Below are positions 47,301 to 58,900 of a stretch of 64,000 nt of DNA, piece by piece. The translations under genes were made by a program, and so were the position numbers. Origin of the DNA: Cyanophora paradoxa CCMP329 (lineage: Eukaryota > Plantae > Glaucophyta); contig QPMI01000162.1 of NCBI GenBank assembly GCA_004431415.1, positions 108,153 to 172,152 of the forward strand, written 5' to 3'. The notes under the pieces are model-generated. The model was not told where the DNA came from. It saw nothing but the letters and a program-made list of their open reading frames with translations, and did no database searches. Numbering within the stretch: the stretch's first letter is position 1; the number at the start of each line of letters is the position of its first letter.

Positions 47301-50300
47301 CGGCCGCGCGCCGGGCCGGCGGGCCGCCCCCGCGGCTCCCGCCTGTCGAACGGGAGGGGCTGGCCCTGCGGGAAGTGCGACGACGAGGCGGGCGGGCTCG
47401 CCCGCGGCTGCCAGCGCCCGAGCATCGGGGCCGTCTGCGGCGGGGGCGGCGGCGGCGCGTCGGGGAACGCCCAGTCCTCCTCGCTCGGCTCCTCCCCCTC
47501 GAAATCGGCCAGGGCGAAGTTCTGCCGGAAGCCGGAGCCCCCCGGCGGGCCCGAGAAGGCCGGCTCGGCCCCCATGGCGGCCCCCAGGTTGGAGGCGGGC
47601 CCGACGCGCCGGCCCTGCAGCACGCCGCCCATGACGAGGCCGCCGGAGGCCTTCGTGGAGTAGGGGGCGCCCGAGGGGCCGGGTGCGCCGGCGCCGGGGG
47701 GCCGCCCGAAGGACTGCGGGGCGCTGGGGAGCTGGTGGAAGCTGGCGACGGGGACGATGGCCTCGTCCGTGAAGGAGGAGTGCTGCACGGCGTCGCGGCC
47801 CTGCAGCACGTACGTCCCCGTCTGCTCCAGCCGCTCCCGCTCCTTCAGCGCCGCCTCCGTGTTGCGCTCCAGCTGCTCGAGCCAGTACGCCATCTGCTCG
47901 TCGTGCATCTGCCCGTGCCGCTGCGCCTCCTCCAGCAGCTCGATCTGCGCCCGCCCTCAGCGCGCGGCGCGCGGGGCGGCGGCTCCGATCCGAGGCGTGT
48001 ACTTCTCATTCACCTGGCGCTGGATCTTGGCGCGCTGCCGGGCGATCTCCTGCAGCTGGAGCTTCTCGTGCGCCGCCGCGAACTTCTCCGCGAAGCCGAA
48101 GAGCGCGGCCGGCTGGAGCTCGGGGTGCCCCTTGTCGAGCCGCCCCGCCGACGGCAGCCTCTCCAGCTCCCCGCTCCCGACGCCCCCGCCCTCGCCGCCG
48201 CCGCCCCGCGCCTTCGCCCTCGCGGCGCGCTCCTGCGGCGAGGCCTGCGGCTGGGGCGGGAGGGAGGAGCCCCCCGTGGAGGTGGACTGCTGCGACCGCG
48301 GGCGCGAGCCGACCGAGGGCGTCGACTGCCGCCGCTCCTGCTGCGAGGCCGGCCGCCCGGCGCCGGCGCCGCCGGCGCCGCCGCCCTCGAGCTCCTCCGG
48401 GGCGTCCTCGGCCCAGGGCGAGACGTCCCCGCCGGCGCTGCCCTTCCGCTCCGCGCCGGTGCTGGCGCCCGCGGCCGGCGCGGACGACTGCTGCTGGCCG
48501 CGGGCGCCGCCCTCCGCCCCGTCGAGGGGCCCCAGCGACGCGGCGGAGAGGAGCGCTGCCTCCTCCTCGGTGAGCTGGTACGACCTGCGCCGCGGGCCCG
48601 GAGTGAGCGCCGCCGCCCGGGCAGACCGAGCGGAACAAGTCCAGCGCTCTCCGGGCGCACGGGTCCATCGCGACGCGCGCCGCGAGCTCCTCGGCCCACT
48701 CGGCGCTCCCGGGCGGCTGCTGCCGGGACAGCACCACCGGCGCGGAGGGTATGGGCCCCGCCGGGGCTTCCCTCTGCGCGCGCGCCGACTTCGCGCTCGC
48801 GTGCCTGCTCCCGCTCCGCGTGGTCGACGCGGAGGAGCCGGGGCGGGAGACCGGCTGCTCGCCCCACCTGCGCGCAGCGGTCAGCTTATCCTTCCCGTCA
48901 AGGCGGCGCGGGGCGCGCCATTTGTCCTCCAGCATGGCCAGCTCCTCGAGCGAAGGCTGCTCCCGCGCCAGCGCCCTCTGCGTCCGCTGCGCCGTGCTCC
49001 CGCTGCTCCTCGGGCGGCCCGCGGCGCCCGCACCGGCGCCGGGCAGCTCGATGGTGCCGGCGTGCTCGAACATGCTGGCCGCCGCGTCCGCCTCCTCCGA
49101 CGCGAACGCCGGCTCGACGCGCGCCGGCTCCGCCCCCGCGGGCTCCGCCTCGCCGTCGGCCTCGAGGGCGGCCTGGGCCTGGGCCGCGGCCGAGGCGGGC
49201 CTGTCCGCGTCTTGAACCGGCGGCTCCCCCTCCTCCGCCGACGCCTTCGCGACGAGCCCCCGCTCCAGCAACCGCCTCCTCCGCCTCTCGAGCCTCTGCA
49301 GCCTCTTCCTCTCGCGGTACGCGGCCAGGCCTCCCGCGCGCGTCAGCTCGCACGGACGGTTCTCGCTGCGCGAAAAGATGCTTACCGGCCTGGGCGGTTT
49401 CGATGTCGGACGATCCGTACCGGCCAAGATACCTGCGCCGCGGAAACGCTCTCGATAACCACAACAAGCCGACGAACGGGAGCGAGCGCGCACAGGGCGA
49501 GGGCCCTCTGCCATGTCCCGCGCTCGACCGAGGACGGCAGCGAGTTCTGGGCCGCGCGGTACAGGCCCTCCAGCAGCTTCCGCCGCCCTGCGTCGCATTG
49601 CGCCGCGCCGGTGAGCACGCGGCCCGGCCGAACGGCGATTCGGGAACGACGCGCCTCTGTCGTCCAGGGTCTCGAAGGAGGAGCCCTCGGGCGGGGTCGC
49701 GACGCCGTCGAGCCCCCTGAAGATGTCGGGGAAGCCCGCCTCGAAGGCGCGGCCGGCGCCGGCCCCGAGGAGGGACCCGAAGTCCAGCCCCGCCCCCACC
49801 TCCTCCTCCTCGTCGCTCTCGCTCGCCTCGCTGTCCGGGTCCCCCTCCTCTTGCTCCTCCCCCGGCTTCTTCCCCTCGGCGGGCTGCACCGCCTCCTCCT
49901 CCTTCGCCTCGGAGGCGGGCCGCGACTCCGGCCGCTCCTCCGCATCCGCCGCCGAGGGCGCGGAGGCCTCGGGAGGGGTCGGGGCCGGGAGGGGCGCCTC
50001 GGCTCCGCCCGCGACGGCCGCGGGCGGCTCGGGCGTGTCAGGGATCGAATCCGCCTCCTGCGCCGCCGGCTCGGCCTGAGCAGCGACCGCCGGCTCGGCG
50101 GGCGAAGGCGCCTCGCTGGCGACGCCCGCCGCCGCTGGCGCCTCCCTCTGCTGCTTAGGACTCTCCTTGGTCGGTGCTTCGGGCGCCGGTTCAGGCGCGA
50201 CAGCGGGCTTCGCCAGCTCGCCCGCTCCCTGCTTGATGGAGGATGCGGAACCGTCGGCCTGCTTGGTCTGCTGGGCGGAGGCGGGGCGCGATTCCGCGGG

Positions 50301-53300
50301 CGGCGCGACGGGGCGTGCCGCAGGTGCCGGGTGGGGCGCTGGTTGGGAAGACGAAGCGGCCGCGCCGCCGGCTGGAGTCGAACTTCCAGCGGCGGCCTTC
50401 GGCTGTTCCTGCGCACGCGGGAAGCTAATCGCATCCTCATCGGTGTCAGGCGCGCGCAAGGCACCTTGGGTGAGGGCAAAGGAGATTCGTGCTTCTTGCC
50501 GGCGGCGGCCGACGTCGAAGGCTGCGCTGGCGCCGCTGGCGACGGGGGCTTGTAGCTGGACGCTGGCGGTGAAGCCTGCGCCGGAGACACCGAGGGCGGG
50601 GACCGCTGAGGAAGGGAGGGGGCCTGCTTCGCGACCGCGGCGGGAGGTGCGGGCACCGGCTTCTGATGATGGGGCAGGTTAACCACGGCCAAGGACCTCG
50701 ACGTCAAAGAAAACGAGACGGACGGAGTATTTCGAGATCGAAGTCGGGAGCTGCGGCTTCGGAGCCCCCGCGGCGGCGGCCACGGCGGCCGCGGCCGGCG
50801 GCGGCGGCTTCGCGTCAAAGGAGACCCTGCCAGCCGCCGCGGTGCCCGCGGCCGCTTTCGCCCTCTCCTTCGCGGAGGACGTCGTGGAGTGGGGCGACTC
50901 GGGCTCGTCGGACTTGGACGGCGCCGGCCGGCTACCCCCGATCTCCCCGAAGAAGGCGAACTGGAAGAGCGCAGTCTTGACGGTCGCCCCGCCCCGCAGG
51001 CTCGCCGGCGACGCCGCCTCCGCTTCCTCCTCCTCGGCCGACGCCTCCGGCTCCGGCTCCGGCTCGGGCGCCGCCGGCGCCGCCGGCGCCGGCGTCTCTG
51101 GTGCCGTCTCTGGTGCCGGCGCGGGCGACCCCGCGCTCTGGGGTGCCTCCTCCGCCTCCTCCGGGTCCTTCGTCGGGCTCGCGAACGAAGCGAACGAACC
51201 GAAACGCTCACCCCTCGCCTCGCCCTGGAGGACGCGGCCCCTGCCGCGCAGCTCGATCGCGCGGAGGACGTCGGCCTTCTCCATGAGCTTCAGCTCCAGG
51301 CTCTGCTTGTACTCCTCGACCAGCTCTCTCGACCCCAGCACCTCTGCTCTCCGCGTCACGGCAGGCGAGGAATGCCAAGACTTCGAACAGAAGAGTGCCG
51401 CACCACGTCTCGCGAGCAAGCTTTTGCTCTCCTGCTCGGGGCCGTCATGATCACGCAGGGAACCGGAACGGATCGCGGAGGAGAAGCGAATTTCGAACCT
51501 CCAAGCGCAGCAGCTCAAGGCTCCCGGACTCTTCGATCCGTTTCCTGCGAGCCTCGTCCTTCGCCTGCTGCTCCCGCCTCGTCTGCGACGCAGCGCGTGA
51601 GCCCTCTCAAAGTATGCGCGCGGCGTTCTCGTTCTCTTCACGATTCGCGGCTCGAGCTCGCCTTGCGCAGGAGGATGGAGCACATGCGCCACATGAGGAC
51701 GGAGTTCAGGTTGCGGATGTCGGAGGCCACTTTCCGGATGTCCGTGCTGTTGTACCGCGCGAGCGCATCCAGCGCTGTCTCTTGGAAGCCTAGCGCGGCG
51801 GGCCGGAGTTAGAAACCGATTGTTTTTCACACAGCGAGCGAGAGCGAGAATGCGCAGGGCACCCTCGCTGTCGAGGGAGAGGTTTGCGCGCTTCTGCAGC
51901 GCGGCGACGACGCGCGCGACGACGCCCGGGTCGACGCGCATGGGTGCCGGGATCTTGTCCAGGCGCTTCCCGCCGGCCTGCTTCGGGCAGACGTCCCTCC
52001 ACCCGGCGAAGCACAGCTGCTTCCACTTCTGCTGCAGGTGCGATCGCTGCCAGGCGATGAGCTTCTCGAACGTGACTCTCCGCTGCAGCGAAGATCAAAA
52101 GAGAATATGAATGCGCCACAGACGGGCAGAGCTGGCACCTGCGCCCGCCCGGTCCACGCCCGCCAGCACTTGTGCATCACCCAGTTCATGCGGCAGAACT
52201 GGCCCTCGAAGCCCTCGTCCAGGTGCGACCGCCAGGCCGCCACCGCGTACGAGAAGGCGCTGCTCGTCGCCGTCGCCTGGAGCAGCCGCTCCAGCCCCAC
52301 CGCGCTCACGATCCCGTCCGCAGAGGCGTTCTGCGGGGGCGTGAGGCGCGAGGCGGCGCTGATCATCACTAGTGAGCAAGGCCGGGCACCTGCTTCCACT
52401 TGTCCATTGCAAAGAACAGCCTTGAACGAGCCGAGTAATTATAATGTCGAATAAATGCGCAGGGGCGACGAGCTCAGAAGCGGGGCGCACCGGTTGTTGT
52501 TCACGAGGTTCTGCATGTTCTTGATCAGCTTGTCCTGGCGCCGCTTCTCCTTGACGAAGGCCGAGAGGGACAAGAACATGACCCGCAAGCGCTGCGGGCA
52601 GCAGCCGTCAATCGACACGCGGCGCGTCGCCCCGGGAAGAGCGCACGTGGCGCTGCGCGATGTCGAATTTCTTGACTTGGCACCAGTCGCGGAACGGGGC
52701 CTCCATCACAGCGCGGAAGTGGAATTTGATCGCCCTCCTCATCTTCTCATGCAGAGCCCTGTGAAAGAAGAAAGTCGGAACAACGCGGAGGCTGAGAGAG
52801 GAGAAGCCGCGGACGGACCGCGCTCGGGCTATGAACGCTTTCCACTGCAGCCACCTCCCTGCAATGGGCTCAGAGAAGAAAGATAGATGGGCCGTGATCG
52901 TGATCGCGGGCGCACGCTTCCTCACGAGCTTGGCGTAGTCGTCCCGCAGCCTCTTGTCCATCTGCTTCCTCCGCTTGTACTTCTCGATCCATGTGTCCCT
53001 GCGATCGAGTTGAGCGGGAGGTCCGGGATCCTCAGCGGAAGGGGGCGAACGACGAACCACTGAACGATGACGGCGCCTTTGAACTCGGCCAGCTGGGTGT
53101 TCTCGGCCTCGGCCCGCTTGAAGAGAGCGTAGCGGCACCACATGGTCATGACGAGGCGCGTGCGGCGCGCGGAGGCTCGGATGGCCAGCGTGTTCAGCTT
53201 TAGGTAGGCCTGCTTTCTCCGCGCCTTGACGTGGTTCTTGAACGCCTGCAGCTGCTTGAGGGATGTCTTGAGGCGGTAGCGCCTGATCCGCTCCGGCATC

Positions 53301-55169
53301 ACCGACAGGAGGAGCGACCCCGCGACTGCCATGCGCAGGAGAGCCCTCAGCGGAGCGCGGAAGAACGGATCCGGAGGGCGGTACGTATACGACCGATCAC
53401 GAACCCGACGGCGTGGCGACGATGTCGGAGTTGCCTTGTGCGACACGCCAGACGGCAATCGGCTGCAAAGAAGCTCAGCGGCGGCGCATCCAGCCACGGA
53501 AGACGGGACGCGGCGGACCGAGACGGCGTTGGACTGGAGCATGCGGGTCATGATGCTGGCGGCGGCCCTGAAGAACTTGGTCGACTCCTTCGTGTAGTCC
53601 TGGAGAGCACCCGTTTCAGACAGCTGCAGCCTCTGACCGCACGCGCGACCCGAACGCGGACGCACATGCCACGCCACGAAGGTCCGCTTCAGGCTCGCGT
53701 ATCGGGACTTGCCCTTCGCCCTGACCTGCTCGCCGCGACGGGAAGAGAAGTCAGGGGCGGGGGATCATTCATTCCGCTGCCGGGCTGCTGCACGGACCAG
53801 CTGCCTCCAGGGGTAGAAGTAGGCCCCCGCCCTCCGGACGCCCAGGAACGCAGCCACAGCCTTCAGCTTCCTGCACGGGAGAGTCGTGATCAGCGGCGCA
53901 GGAGTTTCGGAAGCTGAGTTGGGCGGGAGTCGCACAGGAACTTTCGGCGCGGGCGGACCGTCCTCCACCTGAGCGGGGCGGGACCCGGACGTCAGCGAGC
54001 GAAGCGCGAGTTTGCTCTGAGGAACAGCCACTTGCCAGCGCTGGATGCGGACGCAGGCGTGCAGAATGCGGTTCTTGACCCGAATCTGCACCGCGAGTGA
54101 GGCGAGAGGCCACAGAGGTCTAGAGACAAGCCACGAGCGGCAAACGGACTACGCACGTCGAGTCCGACAAACCAGTGGAGGGCGTACGTGGGCTGCTTGG
54201 CCAGCTTGGGCGCCTCGGAGCGGTCGGAGTCCTCCGAAGCCTCGCTCCGCATCGTGGAGCTCTTCCGCAGCTTCGGCGCCGAAACGGAGCGGCTCGCCAG
54301 GCTCCTCTGGCGCGACGGAGGCGCGCGCAGCGGGACGGCTGCCCGGGCCGTTCACCGAGAGCGCCGCATCGCCTTCAGGATGCTGTACGTACCTGGATTC
54401 GCGTTGAAAGAAGACTCGTCCTCCGCAGACACGGGGAAGAAGTAGCCGCCCGTGGGCCCCAGCAGGACCTGGTGGTCCACCACCTTCAGCGGGTCCCGCT
54501 GAACGTGCGCCGTGGGGCCTCCGCCGTGGATCCGCAAGTTGAAGAGCGGCTTCGCAGGCAGGCGCCAGTCAGGACCCCCCGGGAACGCTTGGGGCCGGGA
54601 CTGGGCACCTGGGGGAACCTGGTGGCGGAGGCTGACCGCTGGAGGACCTGTCCCACGTCCTGCGCCATGCTGCCGACCGCCCGAATGGTGCTCTCGATCG
54701 CCGTCAAGTGCAGGCCGCCCGGCAGGCTCTGCGGCAGCGGCGCGTCGGCACGGAGGCCCGGCGCTGCGGGCGAGGCGCGCGCGCGCACCGCGGTCCGCTG
54801 CATCCACGCAGGAACGAAGGGAGCCGCCGGGGTTGCAGGGGGCGTCGGGCGGCCCAGCAGGACGTCGAGAGGGGGGACGTAGGATTCCCTCTCGATGAAG
54901 CTGTCGAGGCGGCGCTCCGGCGGCAGCGCGGAAGAGACCGAGGAGCTCTTGCCCAGCGTGCCGAAGGTTGAGCTCGGCGCCGACGCCCCGCGCGGCGGCT
55001 TCCGCTTGAAGCTGTCGTTCTCTACCTCCAGCTTCGAGTGGGACGCGACGCGGAAGCCGCCGGCGGTCAGGCCGGCCTGCCGGGTCGCTCGCGGGGGCGG
55101 AGGAACATAGCTAGTGCTCGGATAGGGGCTGGAAGGCGGCCTGCCGCCTGTCCTGTTGCCGCCGTCCAT
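44348..55169 (-). CDS. Very large uncharacterised protein with basic helical Trp-spaced (Sfi1-like) repeats and long low-complexity/coiled-coil regions
   Basis: Consistent minus-strand spliced exons from MDGGNRTGG (55169) to RERQRLESR* (44348). Repeats such as AVAAFLGVRRAGAYFYPWRQLV, AIKFHFRAVMEAPFRDWCQ, RLVMTMWCRYA, RWLQWKAFI, LCFAGWR at 52-54 kb. Could be more than one gene. Confidence 0.55.
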
Positions 55170-55968
55170 GTCGCCGAGGGAGCCGAGCTGGTGTACGCAG
55201 CCAGGCCTAGGAGCTCGAGGGCGCTCTTGCGCGCGGCGCTTCACAGAGGGCGGACGCCACCGTTGCACTGCAGGAGCCGATGCACCGATCAGCAGCCGCT
55301 TGGGAGACTCCGCTCAGCGCTGGGCTTCCCGCATCCAGCGACAGCACCGCGGCGCTGGCGGCGGGGAGGCTGGGGCTCTCCCGAAGGGCCTCGAGGGCTG
55401 TAGCTGCTCGGAAATGCTGATACGGCTGCTGCCGGCCCGTCGGCTGGGCCGTAGCGCGGCTGACGGCCCAGCGCGGCGAGAACGCGCTTGAGGCTTTACG
55501 CGCTTGAACAACTGTCCATAGCTACACTTCCGCTACCGCACTCCATCCACGCGGCCCGCCTGTGATGCCTGCAAGTGACCGATGCGGCCACAAACGCGCC
55601 CCGGGGTCGCTTGCCGTTGGAAACGGATCTAAAAGCTGTCCTGTGTCTAGAGCTGCCTATCCTGCGCGGCAGCGCTCTCTGTAGCTAAGGAACCCAGAAC
55701 GGTGGGGGGAATGCGCGGCCGGGGGATACGCACTTCAGAAAAGCTGCCGCACCACCGCTCGGCACAAACCACTTAGACGCGCCTTCCCGGCGGTCCCTTA
55801 ACCCGTTTACCTCACTTGCACGCTGCTCACGATGCCCTGGCTGTAGCGCGGGCGGACGCGGCCGAGCAGACCACTGCCGCGAGCGCGAGCGACGCGCCAC
55901 AGCTACATCTCCTGTAGGCAGAGCGTAGACGAAGCAGGCGGCTCGCAGGTCGCCGCGCGGGCGCCGGA

Positions 55969-58900
55969 ATGCCGGACCTGCTCGACTACTTCGCGCGGGA
56001 GGAGGCTCCGGAGGAGCTGTGCGAGCCGAACGCCGCGCGGCGCGTGCCGATGCGCGACCCGGTTGTGATGCCGTCGTACGTCGCGCCGCGTGCGGGATGC
56101 GCGGGCCGCGCTGACGCGTACGGCCGGCGCCGGGCCCAGCGGCGAAACGTACGACCGGGCGACGATCCTGGCGGCGGGCGAGGACCCGAGCACGGGGGAG
56201 AAGGTCAGCGCGGAGGCGGCGGCGGCGCTGACGACGAACAAAGCGGTGGCGCGGGCGGTGGGCAAGTGGCTGCGGCGGCGGGCGGAGGAGCTGGCCGGGC
56301 GCCTGGAGGCGGCCCGCACGGAGGAAGCCCTCTCTTCCCTCTGCGACCTGCTCCCGCACCTCGCTCCGGCCCCGGCGGCGGGCGGCCCTGCGGCCCCCGA
56401 GGGCGCGGCGGAGGCGGCGGCGGCGCTGGCGCGGGCGGCGGAGGCGGCGCTCGGGCGCCCGGGGCCGCGAAGGGCCTGCGGCGGCTCGCTCCGTGGCCCC
56501 GGGCCGCCCTCCTGCGGGACTACGCCGCCCTCGCCGCCGCCGGCGCCCGCCTCGCGCCCCTCGCCCGCCTCGCCGACAGTACGCCCTTTCCCTCCAGTTT
56601 CCCCCGTCTTTCCCAAACCCCAAAGCAGATGCGGAGGCTGTCGAGTGGCTACCGGGGGCGCTTCTGGAGGGGGGTACCCCTGCGCCCCTCGCGGACGCAT
56701 TTCTCGCGGGGGACGCCGACGCCCGCCGCGTACGTACCCCGCCTCTTTCCCTCCCCTCGTCCGGCTGCCACCTGAGAGGGGGTACAGATCCTGTGCCGTG
56801 CGGTGGCCGCGGCGGGGAGGGGGGAGGGGGGCTTGGACCCCTCCGCCGCCCTCCCGGCCGCCTTCCTTGCCGCATGCGATCGTGCGTACCCCCTCCCACT
56901 CCCCCACTCATCTCCCGTACCCCCTCCAAACCCCGCCCCGCAGCGCCCGCGCTGGCCGCTCTGCTGGAGGCGGCTGAGGCGCGCCTTTCACTCCTCCCCT
57001 GTCCGCTCGCCGCCTCTTAACCCCCACAATTCTCCCCCCCGTAGGAGGCGGCGGAGGCGAATCCCTCGCCCGCCCCCCTCGCGCTGCTCGAGCGCCTCGT
57101 ATCGCACCTGCTCCAGGCGCGCTTCTCCCGACCCGCCTCCGTACCCCCCGCCGACCCGCCTTCGCCCGCCCCGCCCCCGCAGGCGGAGGGCCGCCCCGCC
57201 GGCGACGCGCTCCGACCGGCGGCCCTCGCCCGCGTGCTGACCGCCGCCGGCGAGCCCCTCTCGCGCACCCTTTCGCGCCCTGCACTGACTCGCGGCCCCG
57301 CAGGCGCCGAGGGCGCCGAGGCCGGCCCCGCCGTCGCCTCCTGGACGCCCTCCTCGCCGCAGGTACCCCCGCCCGTCCCCCCCCGCTTCGCTACGGCGAC
57401 CCCTGCGCAGGCGCGGCGGCCGGGCTGGCCTCGCCCCCCGCCCTCGCCGCCCTCCGCGCCTTCCCCGCCGCCGCCCGCCCCCTCGTGGACGCCCTTCAGG
57501 TACCCCCCTCCTCCCCTCTTCCCTCCTAAAGCGGTGCCTGCTGCTCAGCGAAGCGCAGCGCGCGGCGGCGGGGGCGGCGGGGCGGCCCGCGGGCGCTGCC
57601 GCCATTCGCGTGCTTTCCGCCGTCTGCAGTGCCGGTATCCCTGGCACCGCCCGCCCCCCAGCAAACGCCTGAGCCGAGCCGCGTGCAGAACCGCGGTGCA
57701 GCGAGGCGCTGCGGGAAGGTGCGGGGGCCGCCTTGCCGCCTGCGCCGGGGCCGGCGGGGCCGGGCCGAGGGGCGCGGGGCGCCAGGGCGACGGAGGGGCG
57801 CTGGAGGCGCTGGCGGCGGCCGTCGCCGAGGGGACGACGAGGCCGAGGCCCGCCCCCGCCCCGGCCCCGCCTCCGCGCCTCGCCTCGGCCCTAAACGCAC
57901 GATCGGGCGGGGCAGGCGCTGGCGGAGGCGCTGATCCGGGCGGGGCGCTGACGGGGGCGCGGGCGGAGGCGCTGGCGCGCTCTGCGCCCTTCTTCGTGCG
58001 GCGCGCCCTCGACGGCGTCGAGCGCTCCCTCCTCGCCGCCAAGGAGGTGCCCGGGGGCCCGCCGCCCTGCCGCCCCGCCACCCCGCCGCCTCGGCTCTGC
58101 GCCGGCCGATCGACGTCGCGGGGCAGGCTGGGGAGTACTCGCGCCTCCTCACCGCCGCCCTCGCCCTCGTCCACGTGCCCCGCCCCTGCGCCCGCGCCCT
58201 TCTCCCCCGTCCCGGGCTAACGCCCGCGCCAGTCGGCGCCGCCGGAGGCCGCCCCTGAGGCCCGCCGCCGCCTCGTGCGCCCTCCCCCTCCCCGCCCCGC
58301 CCCTCCCCACCCCAACTCCGCCCGCCCCCCTGGACTCGCAGGCCGACTACGTCTCCACCCGCGTCGTCTTCGGTGCCCATCCCCCTGCCTCCTCCCCCCG
58401 TACCCCCCTCCCCTCACCCACCCGCCCCCTACCGCAGCGAACGTGGCGGACTTCGGGGCCCTCTTTTCGGCGCTGGCGGCGCTGGCGGCCCCGCCCGACG
58501 CCCCCGCCCTCGCCCTCCTCCGCGACTGCGGCCCGCCCGTACCCCCCGCAGCCTCCCCTCCGCCGCCCTCTTACCGTACCCGCCCTGGCAGCGGCGTACT
58601 ACGGGACGGGGGCCGCCCCCGCCGCCTCTGACGCGGCGCCGCTGGGCCTCCCGCCCTCCTCGCCCCGGGCGCCCCGACGCCCCGGCCCGCGCCGCCGCCG
58701 CCGCCCTCGCCGCCCAAGTAAGGCCCTTCCCCCGCGCCCGCCGGATCCGCCGCGGCGCGGGCTCACGGGCGGGTCGCAGCTGATGCTGCGCTTCCCCTCC
58801 CTCTCCGTGGCCGAGCTCGCCGGGCCCGACCCCGCCGCCGCCGCCCTCGTCCGCCCCTGCCCCGACCCACGCCCCCGCTCCCCTCCCGCCCTGGGCTCAC

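Noticed and set aside
47375-50555. 781-aa and 932-aa plus-strand ORFs
   Set aside because: Antisense shadows of the minus-strand gene in stop-poor GC-rich DNA, with no recognisable domains.
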